Shown one piece after another: positions 21,979 to 32,206 of a stretch of 64,000 bases of DNA. The stretch is taken from NCBI RefSeq assembly GCF_032116555.1, contig NZ_CP134949.1, forward strand, positions 496,001-560,000, in the 5' to 3' direction. The first letter of the stretch is position 1, and each line of letters starts with the position of its first letter. The position numbers and the translations under genes are program-made. The notes beneath the pieces are model-generated. The model saw nothing but the letters and a program-made list of their open reading frames with translations, was not told where the DNA came from and searched no databases. This DNA is from Halorarum halobium (lineage in GTDB: Archaea; Halobacteriota; Halobacteria; Halobacteriales; Haloferacaceae).

Positions 21979-22683
21979 TCAGTCCTCGGTGAGCAGGTCG
22001 CTCGCGTCAAGCCGAACCGGCTCCTCGTCCCCGAGGAAGGCGGATTCGAGCGCGTCGCGCACGGCGTCGGGGTCCGCGGGGCCGGCGGCGGCGGCGACCG
22101 AGCCGACCGATCGGGGGTCGAAGGGGACGGCCAAGGCGTCGTACACCGGGGCCAGGACGTCGCGGAGTTCGTCGCGCCCGGCGACGGTGACACAGCCCGA
22201 GACCAGCGCCGCGTCCTGCCGGACCCGCTGTGCGATGCCGGCGATCTTGCCGCCGTCTGCGACCCGGACCGAGTGGTCGCCGGGGCAGTAGGAGTCGCGC
22301 GGCTCGCCGGGTTCCGCGTCGGCGCCGATTCCACGGAGGGCGTCGACGATGGTTTCGACCGCCGCGTCGTAGCGCTCGTCCATCCCCCGGCGCATGTCGG
22401 CGAGCGGGACGGCGTGGGCGAACGCGAGCGTCGAGTCGGCGTACGCGACCGCCCGGCCGCCGACCGAGCGCTCGGTCGGGGGAAACCCCCTGTCCTCGGC
22501 CGCTCGCCTCGCCTCGTCGTACCCCTCGGCGCGGGCGTCGCGGCGGCCGAACGCGACCTGTCGGCCGGGCGTCCAGACCCGGAGCGCCGGCTCCCCGGAG
22601 TCGGCCGTCCCGGCGAGCATGGCGGCCGTCGCGGCCCGGTCGCGCTCCCGCGTCGGGAGGGGTCCACGGTACACCCGAATCAC
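21979..22683 (-). CDS. Lipoate-protein ligase A family protein
   Basis: ERSVGGRAVAY, GKIAGIAQR. Confidence 0.85.
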   Translation of the reverse strand: MIRVYRGPLPTRERDRAATAAMLAGTADSGEPALRVWTPGRQVAFGRRDARAEGYDEARRAAEDRGFPPTERSVGGRAVAYADSTLAFAHAVPLADMRRGMDERYDAAVETIVDALRGIGADAEPGEPRDSYCPGDHSVRVADGGKIAGIAQRVRQDAALVSGCVTVAGRDELRDVLAPVYDALAVPFDPRSVGSVAAAAGPADPDAVRDALESAFLGDEEPVRLDASDLLTED

Positions 22684-22735
22684 GCCCGCCGGTCGGAGTC
22701 GCGTCGCCTAAGCGCTTCCGCCACGGAGACGGGGT

Positions 22736-23674
22736 ATGGACGAGACCGGGGGGACGGAGCCGGTTCCGCTTCCGGCCCACTTGATCGAGCGCTACCCCCG
22801 CTTTTCGCTGTACAACTCGCCGTACCCGGCCCACGACCACGGGCACGCGATCGACCTCTACCCCGACGATGATGCGGGCCGTTCGGGCGTCTCGCCCGTC
22901 GCCGGCGAGGTCCTCGACGTCAGGACGGTCGGCTGTCCGGACCGCCCGTACGCGGTCGACACCGACCACCTGATCGTCGTCGACGCCGGCGAGCACCTGG
23001 CGCGGATCCTCCACGTCGACCCCGCGGTCGAACCCGGAGACTCCGTCGCCGTCGGCGACTCGCTCGGGGAGATGGTTCGCTCGGGCTTCTTCGGCCGCTG
23101 GGTCGACAACCACGTCCACCTGGAGTTCCGCGGGCACGACAGGAACCCGTACCGGGCGTCCGGGTCGCTCCCGCTGGACGTCGACGTGCCGGTCGCAGCG
23201 CTCGACTGGGACGGGACCGGAACCGTCGTCGAAACCGGCGACAGCTACGCGCTGCTGGACGCGCCCGGCGGCCGGGTGGACGGCTACGCCGCCGTCGGTT
23301 CGGACGCGGGAGTCCCGCTGGACGGCGGACTGGCCCACTACGGCGCCGGCGGACGGTTCGGGCCGGCGCCGGGGTCGTCACAGTTGGCGGCGATGTCGTC
23401 ACCGTCGGCGTCGGCGGGAGCCACGGACGCCACGGTGGTCGAACTGCTCGGCGAACCGGTCGGCATCGTGGACGGGCGGGACGTCGCGTGGGGCGACGTG
23501 ACGGTGCTGGCGAACGGCGACCCCATCACGGGGCTGTCGCTGTTCGCCTCCCGGGACGACGGGTTCGGCGTCAAACTCGTGACGCGGCCGGGGGCGGGCG
23601 ACCCGCAGTTCGGGGTGGGCGAGGACGTCCGCGTCTCGACGGTGTCGACCGACGAGCCGGTTCGGCTGGATTGA
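22736..23674 (+). CDS. Conserved hypothetical protein with M23-peptidase-like motifs
   Basis: [39 protein letters not shown]. Confidence 0.6.
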   Translation: MDETGGTEPVPLPAHLIERYPRFSLYNSPYPAHDHGHAIDLYPDDDAGRSGVSPVAGEVLDVRTVGCPDRPYAVDTDHLIVVDAGEHLARILHVDPAVEPGDSVAVGDSLGEMVRSGFFGRWVDNHVHLEFRGHDRNPYRASGSLPLDVDVPVAALDWDGTGTVVETGDSYALLDAPGGRVDGYAAVGSDAGVPLDGGLAHYGAGGRFGPAPGSSQLAAMSSPSASAGATDATVVELLGEPVGIVDGRDVAWGDVTVLANGDPITGLSLFASRDDGFGVKLVTRPGAGDPQFGVGEDVRVSTVSTDEPVRLD

Positions 23675-23766
23675 GCCGCGACGGGCAGCGTGGCGGACTC
23701 TCCCGGAGTACCCCGCGGACCTCGCTTTCGACGCTCTTTTCTCTAACCGACGAGTTCGTTCCCGTA

Positions 23767-24378
23767 ATGGCTGAATTCAAGGTCGTCGTGGGCGACTCCG
23801 CCGGCGACACGCAGCAGTTCGACGTGGACGGACAGGACGCGAACCGGTTCCTCGGGCTCGACATCGGCGACGAGGTCGACGCCGGCGTCGTCGACGCCGA
23901 GGGGATGACGCTCGAACTGACCGGCGGCTCGGACACGGCCGGGCGGCCGATGCGCGAGGACGTGCCCGGCGCGAACCTGAAGGAGCTCCTCCTGGAGGGC
24001 GGCGTCGGCTACGAGCCGTCCCGCGACGGCGAGCGCAAGCGCGTCACCGTCCGCGGCCGCGAGGTCTCCGAGGAGACGGTCCAGATCAACGCCCGGCTCG
24101 TCGACGGTACGTTCGAGGGCGGCGCGGAGGAGGCCGAGGCGGAGACGGAAGACGCCGGGGCGGTCGAGGCGGACGAGGAAGCCGAGGCGGACGAAGCGGA
24201 AGCCGAGGAGGCCGAAGCGGAAGCCGAGGAGACCGACGAGGAAGCGACCGAGGACGCCGAGTCCGGGGAGGAGACGGCCGAGACGGAGGAGGCGGACGAG
24301 TCGGATGCCGACGTCGAAGACGACGACGAAGCGGAGGCGGCCGACGACGAGGACGGCGGCGAGGACGACGAGGAGTAG
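23767..24378 (+). CDS. rps6e: 30S ribosomal protein S6e with long acidic tail
   Basis: [29 protein letters not shown]. Confidence 0.95.
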   Translation: MAEFKVVVGDSAGDTQQFDVDGQDANRFLGLDIGDEVDAGVVDAEGMTLELTGGSDTAGRPMREDVPGANLKELLLEGGVGYEPSRDGERKRVTVRGREVSEETVQINARLVDGTFEGGAEEAEAETEDAGAVEADEEAEADEAEAEEAEAEAEETDEEATEDAESGEETAETEEADESDADVEDDDEAEAADDEDGGEDDEE

Positions 24379-24393
24379 CTCCCTTCCCGCTCC

Positions 24394-24828
24394 ATGTCCG
24401 ACAGCATCGCCAGCGACGCGGACGCGGTTACCACCTATCGGGCCCACCTCACGCGCTCGGGCGGAACCCGGCTTCCCTGCCTCCGGGTCCCCGAGGACGC
24501 CGCGGTCGAGGCCGGGGACGAGATCCGACTCGTCATCGACGGCGAGTCCTGCCACGCCCGGGTCGAGAGCGACGCCCGGGGTCGGCTGCTTCGGGGCGCG
24601 TACGACAACCGGCGGCTGGCCCGGAACCCCGGCGAGGGCGAGAACCGCCTCGTCGAGTGGTGTCGCGAGCACGGCCGCGAGGCCGACGACGCGGTCGACG
24701 TCGACGAGGTGGATCCCGGCTACCTGTACGGCGTACGGGTGCCCGGCGAGCGCACCGTCTACGAGATGACCGGTCGGCCGGACGAGGGGCTGCGGGACAT
24801 CGCCGATTCGCTGCTCGGGGACGAGTAG
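24394..24828 (+). CDS. Conserved haloarchaeal hypothetical protein
   Basis: Acidic ORF directly after rps6e; GAYDNRRLAR...GENRL, YGVRVPGER. Confidence 0.75.
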   Translation: MSDSIASDADAVTTYRAHLTRSGGTRLPCLRVPEDAAVEAGDEIRLVIDGESCHARVESDARGRLLRGAYDNRRLARNPGEGENRLVEWCREHGREADDAVDVDEVDPGYLYGVRVPGERTVYEMTGRPDEGLRDIADSLLGDE

Positions 24829-24963
24829 CACGGCGACGCCGCTCGGTCGAGCGCCGCGAGGTCCGGCGGCCGTACCGGGACACCGCCCGAAACGGCCCGA
24901 TGATGGGGTTCGAACACGACGAAGAGGGCAACACCTTTCACGAATTCCGCCACAGTACCCGCC

Positions 24964-25410
24964 ATGAGCCTGACCGTCGAACGCGTCCTGGCCCCGGTGG
25001 ACGGGAGCGACGAGTCCCTGGAGGCCGTCGAGTACGCCGTCGCGGTCGCCGAGCGCTACGACGCAGCGGTCCACGCGGTGTACGTGCTCGGCGAGGAGGT
25101 CGTCCGGGCCATCGAGACCGACGCGATCGACGAGGCCGAGGTCGCCGAGGACACCGAGGTGTTCACCGAGAGCGTCGAGCTGGTGGCCCGGGACCACGGC
25201 GTCCCCGTCTCGAGCTCCATCGCCTACGGCTTCTCGACGAACCGGAAGTCGCGCCACCCGGGCAGCGTCATCCTCGACACCGCCGAGGAGATCTCCGCGG
25301 ACTTCCTCGTCATCCCGCGCGAACCGCTCACGGGCGAACCGGGCGAGGTGCTGGAGAAGGCCGCCGAGTACGTGCTGTTGTACGCGAGCCAGCCGGTGCT
25401 GTCGGTCTGA
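24964..25410 (+). CDS. Universal stress protein
   Basis: VLAPVDGSDES...HAVYV, PVLSV. Confidence 0.9.
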   Translation: MSLTVERVLAPVDGSDESLEAVEYAVAVAERYDAAVHAVYVLGEEVVRAIETDAIDEAEVAEDTEVFTESVELVARDHGVPVSSSIAYGFSTNRKSRHPGSVILDTAEEISADFLVIPREPLTGEPGEVLEKAAEYVLLYASQPVLSV

Positions 25411-25537
25411 GCCGCTGTCATCCCCCGATTCGTCGGTGGTCGCCGAATCGACCGATCACTCGTCGTTCCCGGTCCAGGAGAGCACGTGAGAGAACAGCCC
25501 GGCTCCCTTCCCGGAGCGCTGTCCCTTCGAGAGCGCT

Positions 25538-26074
25538 TCATCGCGTTCGTCGTCTCTCATCACGTCCCGACGTAGGTCGGTCTCGGTTAAAAATCACGGC
25601 GAGTGCGGTCGACAGGAGTCCGAGAACGAGGAACGCCTGACACGCCGAGAGGAGACGGCTGTTCCGCTCGGTCACCGAGTGGTTCTCCTCGATCTAGAAC
25701 CCCGTCGTGTGGAGGTGGTCCTCGTTCCACGGCCGACCGTGGAAACCGTTCCGAATCAGCTGTTCGACGTAGGTACCCGTCGGCCCGAGAACGAGGTCCC
25801 GTGACTCCGAGTACGTGATGAGGCCGGCGACGATGGAGACGAACAGCGCCCCGCCACCGACGACGAGCAGTTCCCGGTGGAACAGCGACCCGTCGCTGAC
25901 GTTCCACGCGGTCAGAACGGCCCCGACGAGGAGCGCGGTCAGGCGGACGGTCCGCATCGCCTTCTCGTCGATGTCCGAGACGATCCGTCGCTGGGAGTTG
26001 AGCACCTCACGGACCTCCCGATACGTTACCGCCTCCCGACGTTCCGGCCACGCGAGCTCCGGGTCGTCCGACAT
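25538..26074 (-). pseudogene. Membrane protein interrupted by in-frame TAG at 25694-25696
   Basis: After ...TTGF* the frame continues IEENHSVTERNSRLLSACQAFLVLGLLSTALAVIF (third TM) to TGA at 25538. Confidence 0.6.
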
Positions 26075-26170
26075 GGGGGGAGTGGTCCCGTCTCCCCCGA
26101 TAGAGGTTACCGCCCTCGACGTGGCGTTCCAGTGGGCTGGAAAACGGCTTCTCCAGGCTGTCTCTCGCCG

Positions 26171-26734
26171 CTATCCGTCCCCACGGGGAGTTCCCAACCA
26201 CGCCGTCATCTCCAGTTCGAACGACTCGGCGTCGCTCGTCTCGAAGCCGACCTTCTCGTACAGCGAGACGGCCGGACGGTTCCAGCGCTCGACGGTGAGC
26301 CACACCCGCTCGACGCCGTTTTCGGCGCCGTGGCCGAGCAGCCCCTCGATGAGTCTGGTGCCGATGCCCGCGCCCTGATACGCCTGGAGGACGAAGATCG
26401 CCAGTTCGTACACTTCGTCGTCGTCAGGGACGAGCGTGGCGTGGCCGGCCGCCCGGTCGCCGTCCCAGGCGATGACGTTGAACCCGCCGCCGCCGAGGAT
26501 GCTGTCGAGCCAGTCGCGGATCGCCGACTCCCGGCTCGGCGGGATGCCCTGCGCGCGGTCGGCCGGGTCGAACGCGTCGTACATCTCGACGAGCGCCGCG
26601 AGTTCCTCCTCGCTGCGGTCGGCGTCGGCGTGGAACGGCCGGACCTCGATCTCGCGCCCCTCGCCGTCCGAGAACGAGAACGGCGGTTCGGCGAACGGGC
26701 CCGCCGGCTCGTCGGGGTAGGTTCGGTCGCTCAT
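26171..26734 (-). CDS. GNAT acetyltransferase
   Basis: IFVLQAYQGAGIGTRL, NRPAVSLYEKVGF. Confidence 0.9.
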   Translation of the reverse strand: MSDRTYPDEPAGPFAEPPFSFSDGEGREIEVRPFHADADRSEEELAALVEMYDAFDPADRAQGIPPSRESAIRDWLDSILGGGGFNVIAWDGDRAAGHATLVPDDDEVYELAIFVLQAYQGAGIGTRLIEGLLGHGAENGVERVWLTVERWNRPAVSLYEKVGFETSDAESFELEMTAWLGTPRGDG

Positions 26735-27099
26735 CGGACGAGGGTCACCGAAACGTGGGAGTTCAGGAGCACGAACTGTGCGATCTGGCCGAGGTTGATC
26801 TTCCCCATCGGGCTGGTCTGTCCGCCGCCGAGCGCGATGTGGTCGAACCCCTCCGACTCGGCGATGTCCACCAGCCGGCTCCCCGCGTCGCCCTCGACGC
26901 GCCGCACCGTGGCGTCGAGGTCCGCATCGCCGAGGAGGTCCCGGACGCGCGATTCGACGTCCGCCAGCGAGGCGTCCGACTCGGGGTTCTCCACGACCGC
27001 CACGGTGAGGTCGTCGCCCGCCTCCCGCGTGCGCTCGACGGTCCGTTCGAGCGCCGTGAGCGAGTCGCCGCTCCCGCCGATTCCGAGGAGCACCTTCAT
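26731..27099 (-). CDS. Universal stress protein
   Basis: MKVLLGIGGS, LGQIAQFVLLNSHVSVTLVR; overlaps GNAT start by 4 nt. Confidence 0.88.
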   Translation of the reverse strand: MKVLLGIGGSGDSLTALERTVERTREAGDDLTVAVVENPESDASLADVESRVRDLLGDADLDATVRRVEGDAGSRLVDIAESEGFDHIALGGGQTSPMGKINLGQIAQFVLLNSHVSVTLVR

Positions 27100-27257
27100 G
27101 GCCGAGGGGTCGGAAGCGCCGGCCAAAAGCGTGCCGCCACGGTCGACGGCGAGCGGATGCCGGGACGGGCGATCCGAGGGTTTGGGCCACCGTTCCTGTC
27201 GGCCGGGCGTCAGACGCGCGGGAACGGGTTTTTACCAGCGGGCCGGATAGGGCCGGT

Positions 27258-28133
27258 ATGGCCGATAACGCCGGGCAGGGGCGGGGACGACCGCCCGAAG
27301 GGGAGGGTGACGGGGTCGAGGGCGACCGTGCCGGGGACGCCGACGGCCGGGACGCGTCCGGGACCGAGCGCAGGGAGGACGTGGCTGGCGAGGAGACGGC
27401 CGCCGGGGATGAGGCCGTCGGCGAGGGGACCGCCGGTGCCGACGGCGCGGGGGCGACCGAGGACGAGGCCGTTCCGGGAGACGAGCCGATTTCCGGGGAC
27501 GAGGTGGCTCCGGGCGACGAACCAGCGCCCGGCGAGGACCCGGCCGCCGGCGACGACGCTGCCAGGGAGTCGCCGCCGGGGTCGGTGCCGGGGCCGGACG
27601 TCGACGCCGACGTGCCCGCGGACGTGCGGAAGTACGACCGCTTCCAGAAGATGGAGCGGGCCGAGTACGACCGCGTCAACGAGTTCCTGCGGGACCGCAC
27701 CTACGTCACGGCCCGCGAGTGGGCCATCGCGCGCCTCTGTGCGGACTTCCGGACGGAGACGGGCGTCGAGATGACGAAGATCGGCGAGAACCTCCCGCGG
27801 CTGGTGCCGTTCATGACCGACACGTACACCCCGCAGGCGGTGAACCAGGCGCGGGCATCCTTCGAGGAGAAGGTGAACAAGGCCGGCGCGACGTTCCTCT
27901 ACGGGGCGATGTGCGGCTTCTTCACCGCCGAACAGCTCGACGACATGATGTACGAGGTGACGGAAGTCGCCAAGTTCCTGCTGGAGGTCGAGGGCGTCGA
28001 CCTCGCCGTCGAGGACGAACTGGAGGCCGAGGACCGCATCTCGACGGTGATGCGGGAGGTGCGGCAGGCGAGCGCGGAGGTGCGCGGCGAGGAGGTCAAG
28101 TGTCCCGAGTGCGGGCACGTTCACGAGTCCTGA
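27258..28133 (+). CDS. Conserved haloarchaeal protein (DUF5806-like), acidic repetitive N-terminus and C-terminal CPxCG finger
   Basis: YDRVNEFLRDRTYVTAREWAIARLC; KCPECGH. Confidence 0.8.
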   Translation: MADNAGQGRGRPPEGEGDGVEGDRAGDADGRDASGTERREDVAGEETAAGDEAVGEGTAGADGAGATEDEAVPGDEPISGDEVAPGDEPAPGEDPAAGDDAARESPPGSVPGPDVDADVPADVRKYDRFQKMERAEYDRVNEFLRDRTYVTAREWAIARLCADFRTETGVEMTKIGENLPRLVPFMTDTYTPQAVNQARASFEEKVNKAGATFLYGAMCGFFTAEQLDDMMYEVTEVAKFLLEVEGVDLAVEDELEAEDRISTVMREVRQASAEVRGEEVKCPECGHVHES

Positions 28134-28204
28134 ACTGCTTTCCTGGCGACTGAACGGGGCTATTTTCCGCGGGATCCGAGTGTGCTGCTCGACGTGCGCC
28201 TGCG

Positions 28205-28300
28205 ATGACCGCCTCGAAAGCCCCCGCGGCGCTCGACTCCCCCGCACCACGCGGTTGGTCGAGCAGATGCGGTCGGTGCGGGCCGTTCACGCGAGCGAAC
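28205..28300 (-). repeat. Truncated repeat copy R6
   Basis: ATGACCGCCTCGAAAGCCCCCGCGGCGCTCG and CAGATGCGGTCGG shared with R2, R7 and R10. Confidence 0.75.
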
Positions 28301-28395
28301 CGAACGCGACGAGCGTCCGACTCCACGCCGAACGCCGACCCAAACCGACCGGAACGGCCGCTGTTCTTATCCCTCGCTCCGCCGTACACGGACCA

Positions 28396-28956
28396 ATGAC
28401 GACGTCGCGCCGCGCGTTGCCCGACGACGCCGACGGAGCGGCGAGCGGGGCGGCCGCGGACGTCGAGATCAGGCCGGCGACGCGGGCCGACCTGCTCGAC
28501 GTGTTCCGCATCGAGAAGGCCGTCTTCGACCAGCCATGGCCGTTCGCCGCGTTCGAGAAGGCGCTGAACGCGCCGGCGTTCCTCGTCGCCGACGGGCGCG
28601 ACGCGGCGGTGTCGGTCGGCGCCGACGGCGTCGCCGCGGGCGACACGCTCGGCTACGTCATCGGCGACGTGACGCCGAACCACGGGCGCGACATCGGCCA
28701 CGTCAAGGACATCGCCGTGCGCCCCGACGCGCAGGAGCTCGGGCTCGGCCGGCGGCTGCTGCGCGAGTCGCTGCGGGAACTGACGGCGGCCGGCGCGGCG
28801 GTGGTGAAACTGGAGGTGCGCGAGTCGAACCATCGCGCCCAGCAACTGTACGCCGACGAGGGGTTCGAGCCGGCCAGGCGGATCCCGCGCTACTACGCCG
28901 ACGGCGAACCGGCGTTCGTGATGGCGCTCGACCTGGAGGGGTGGGCCCGCCGGTGA
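28396..28956 (+). CDS. rimI: RimI-like GNAT N-acetyltransferase
   Basis: IEKAVFDQPWP, LEVRESNHRAQQLY...GF...YYADGE. Confidence 0.85.
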   Translation: MTTSRRALPDDADGAASGAAADVEIRPATRADLLDVFRIEKAVFDQPWPFAAFEKALNAPAFLVADGRDAAVSVGADGVAAGDTLGYVIGDVTPNHGRDIGHVKDIAVRPDAQELGLGRRLLRESLRELTAAGAAVVKLEVRESNHRAQQLYADEGFEPARRIPRYYADGEPAFVMALDLEGWARR

Positions 28957-29131
28957 GTCGCGCGACCGGTCGCGTCCGCTCGGCCCGACCCCCGTTCGAC
29001 GCGTGCAAGACGATGCAAAACACTTAGCCGTCTCGACCAGAATCCCCCGTGAGTAACCCGAACACGCGCCACGAAGCACGGGGGAACGGCCGGCAGGGCC
29101 GGGCGGGTGCGAGCACGGGAGCCTCACCGAC

Positions 29132-30619
29132 ATGACCGACACAACACCCGAGGTGGAGAACGTCCTCCTCGTCACGGTCGATTCGCTGCGAGCCGACGCG
29201 CTGGGCGGCGACCGCACGCCGGTCATCGACGACATCGCCGCCGACGGGACGACGTTCGAGAACGCCTTCGCGACGGGCAACTGGACCCCCTTTTCGTTCC
29301 CGGGCATCCTCGCCTCGCGGCCGGTGTTCGCCGAGGGGGCCGACATCGGCGTCCCGTCGACCCCGACGCTGGCGGAGGCGCTCTCGGAGGCCGGCGTCCA
29401 CACCGGCGGTTTCAACGCCGCCAACGGCTTCCTCACCGAGCACTGGGGGTACGACCGCGGCTTCGACGCGTTCGACTCGTTCGTCGGCGACGCCTCCAGC
29501 CGGTACAGCCGGTATCTCGCCGCCCACCCGACCGTGCAGGGCTGGCTCCAGTTGCTCCGTTCGCCGTTCCGCCGCGCCGCCGCGAAGCTCAACCGTTCGG
29601 ACGACGGCCGCCCCTTCGCGGACACCTCGCGCATGCTCGACGTCGAGCGGAACGCCATCTCGTTCATCGAGGAGACCGAGGGGCCGTTCTTCCTCTGGGT
29701 CCACTACATGGACCCGCACACGCCGTACGTCCCCGCGCCGCGCTACCTCCGGGCCGTCTCCTCGGACCGGGTCGGCACCGGCCGGATGCTCCGGGCACAC
29801 GTCCGAACGGGGCTCGGTCGCGCCGTCGGCCCGCGGACGCTCGCGGACCTCCACACGCTGTATCACGGCGGCGTGCGGCAGGTCGACGACAGCGTCGGCA
29901 GACTGCGGGACGCGCTCGCCGGGGCCGGACGGGCCGACGACACGGCCATCGTCTTCGCGGGCGACCACGGCGAGGAGTTCCAGGAGCATGGCCACCTGGC
30001 CCACTACCCGAAGCTGTACGACGAGCTGATCAACGTCCCGCTGGTCGTCGACGTGCCCGGCGCCGAGGGGCGGAGCCTCGAGCGCGCGGTCGGCCTCGAC
30101 GCGATTCCGCCGACCGTCGCGTCGCTACTGGGCACCGACGCCCCCGACGCCTGGGAGGGCGAGGACCTGACGGGCGCCGTTCGGGACGGCGAGTCGACCC
30201 GGCCGGCCGGTGAGTCCGAGCCGGTCGTCTCGGTCGCCGTCCGCGGCGAGGAGGTGACCCAGCAGCCCATCCCGCGCTCGCTGGTCGAGGGCGACCTGCT
30301 CGTCTCGGCCAGGACCGCCGAGTGGGCGTACATCGAGAACACCGAGACCGGCGTCGCGGAGCTGTACGACCGCCGGAACGACCCCGACCAGGAGTGGGAC
30401 CTGCTCGCCGAACCCGACGCGAACCGGCCCGCCGTCCTGACGACACTCCGGGAGACGGTCCGGGAGCACGCCGAGCGCATCGGCGGCGAGGGCTCCGAGG
30501 CCGCTCCGGATCGCGGCGACCACGGCCGCGAGGGCGACCGGACCGCGCCCGACGAGGAGGGCGAGGAGGGGATGGACTCGGCGATCGCCGACCGCCTGGA
30601 CGCGCTCGGCTACCGCTGA
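29132..30619 (+). CDS. Sulfatase-like alkaline phosphatase superfamily protein
   Basis: NVLLVTVDSLRAD, PFFLWVHYMDPHTPY, GDHGEEF, RLDALGY. Confidence 0.88.
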   Translation: MTDTTPEVENVLLVTVDSLRADALGGDRTPVIDDIAADGTTFENAFATGNWTPFSFPGILASRPVFAEGADIGVPSTPTLAEALSEAGVHTGGFNAANGFLTEHWGYDRGFDAFDSFVGDASSRYSRYLAAHPTVQGWLQLLRSPFRRAAAKLNRSDDGRPFADTSRMLDVERNAISFIEETEGPFFLWVHYMDPHTPYVPAPRYLRAVSSDRVGTGRMLRAHVRTGLGRAVGPRTLADLHTLYHGGVRQVDDSVGRLRDALAGAGRADDTAIVFAGDHGEEFQEHGHLAHYPKLYDELINVPLVVDVPGAEGRSLERAVGLDAIPPTVASLLGTDAPDAWEGEDLTGAVRDGESTRPAGESEPVVSVAVRGEEVTQQPIPRSLVEGDLLVSARTAEWAYIENTETGVAELYDRRNDPDQEWDLLAEPDANRPAVLTTLRETVREHAERIGGEGSEAAPDRGDHGREGDRTAPDEEGEEGMDSAIADRLDALGYR

Positions 30620-30623
30620 CCAC

Positions 30624-31043
30624 ATGGCGACACCCACAACGAGCACCGTCGACGGTGCCACGGTCGGCCGGATCGCCCGGTTCGCCACCGTGGGGGCCAG
30701 CGCGGCCGGCGTCCAGACCGGGCTGCTCTGGGCGTTCGTGGAGCACGGCGGCGTGAACTACCTCGTCGGCGCGGCGTTCGCCATCGAGATCACCATCCTG
30801 CTCCAGTACGTGCTCAACAACGCCTGGACGTTCAGCGCCTCCCGGCACACCGGCCGGGGCGAGTACCTCCGGGGGCTGCTCAGGACGAACCTGGTTCGCG
30901 GCTCCGCCATCCCGATCCAGCTCGGGCTGCTGGCGGCGTTCGTGAGCTGGGCCGGGGCCGGCTACATCGCGGCGAACCTCGGCGCGATCCTCATCAGCGG
31001 GACGTACCGCTACCTGCTCGACGCCAGGTGGACGTGGAAGTAG
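30624..31043 (+). CDS. GtrA-family protein
   Basis: RFATVG, NNAWTF, four hydrophobic segments, RWTW end. Confidence 0.85.
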   Translation: MATPTTSTVDGATVGRIARFATVGASAAGVQTGLLWAFVEHGGVNYLVGAAFAIEITILLQYVLNNAWTFSASRHTGRGEYLRGLLRTNLVRGSAIPIQLGLLAAFVSWAGAGYIAANLGAILISGTYRYLLDARWTWK

Positions 31044-31167
31044 GCTGGGGGCATTTCGGTCCGTGGTTGTCAATTTCGGGGTTGGTTCGTTCACCGACTC
31101 CGGTTTTCTCCGTTTAGACGGTTACTACCTGGTTCGATCTCTCAGGCCGGTTGGTCGGTGAGGTAGA

Positions 31168-31540
31168 CCACTACTGTTGGCGGTGATTGTAGCCACGGCC
31201 TCCCCAGCCGATTGCGATGCTCGCTCGCAGGCTCGCTGCGCTTCTCATCCCTCGCGCGCATCCGGCGCGGACGGAGCCGCGCCGGCACGCGCCGACCGCG
31301 GCCAACTCGACCAGGCCACGTGGTGCGCGGCGGCCGCCCCTCGTGGGCGACCGCTCGTGCGAGGGACGAGCACCGCAGGCCGAAGCTCTCGTGAGCGACG
31401 CAGGAGCGAACGAGAGCACGCGGGTCGAGCGAAGCGAGTCCCGCGAAGGCCGAGAAGCGCAGGAGGCTGGCGAGAGTGAGGTGCGGTGCCGTGCGGTGGG
31501 TGGGACTGAAAGGGGCCGCGGGGGCTTTCGAGGCGGTCAC
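31168..31540. repeat. Modular intergenic repeat, copy R7 (composite)
   Basis: Left part reverse-complements R2; core at 31498-31518 joined directly to terminal GGGGGCTTTCGAGGCGGTC. Confidence 0.9.
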
Positions 31541-31649
31541 CACGAGAGGGAAACCAACGAACGAGTCCACAGATGAGGGAACTCGCCGAACACGACGAGC
31601 CAGAATCGAGACAAGAGGGGTTTTCCCGCCCCGCCCCACACGACCGAGC

Positions 31650-32183
31650 ATGGGATACGCCTGCCCCGTCTGTGAGGTCCCCCAGCGGGACGGGGAACAC
31701 CTCGCCAACCACCTCGCGTTCACCGCGATGCTCCGGGAGGACGACCACGAGGCCTGGCTCGACGAGCACGTCCCCGGCTGGGGCGAGGAGACGCCGGGCG
31801 AACTCGCCGAGCGCGTGACCGACCACGCCGAGGAAGCCGAGTTCGACGAGGTGTTCGAGGACACGACCGAGGGGGCGGGCTCACACGACCACCCGCACGG
31901 ACACGACGGGGAGCACGATGGCGGGAGCCGCCCCGACGCGATGAACGGCCGGGAGGCTGGCGGGTTCGAGGGGATGGCCGAGGCAGTCACGGATGAGGCC
32001 GTCGAGTCGGTCATCCAGGACGCACAGGAACTGACCGAGGAGATGTACGGCTTCGACGAGGAGGAGTCCGAGGAAGCCGAGGAGGCGGGCGACAGCGGTG
32101 CCGATACCGGAGACGCCGGGGAAAACGGGCGCGATACCGGGAACGCTGACGAGGACGACGACCCCGAAGGGAACGACTCTTGA
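31650..32183 (+). CDS. C2H2-like zinc-finger protein (DUF5810-like)
   Basis: MGYACPVCEVPQRDGEHLANHLAF. Confidence 0.8.
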   Translation: MGYACPVCEVPQRDGEHLANHLAFTAMLREDDHEAWLDEHVPGWGEETPGELAERVTDHAEEAEFDEVFEDTTEGAGSHDHPHGHDGEHDGGSRPDAMNGREAGGFEGMAEAVTDEAVESVIQDAQELTEEMYGFDEEESEEAEEAGDSGADTGDAGENGRDTGNADEDDDPEGNDS

Positions 32184-32206
32184 TTCGCCCGGCCGCCTAG
32201 CCTGAC

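Noticed and set aside
15653..25696. Amber recoding (TAG read as an amino acid)
   Set aside because: TAG is the normal stop of several genes here (rps6e, hicB, pepF); TGG to TAG is a single transition; no suppressor tRNA or pyl genes are seen
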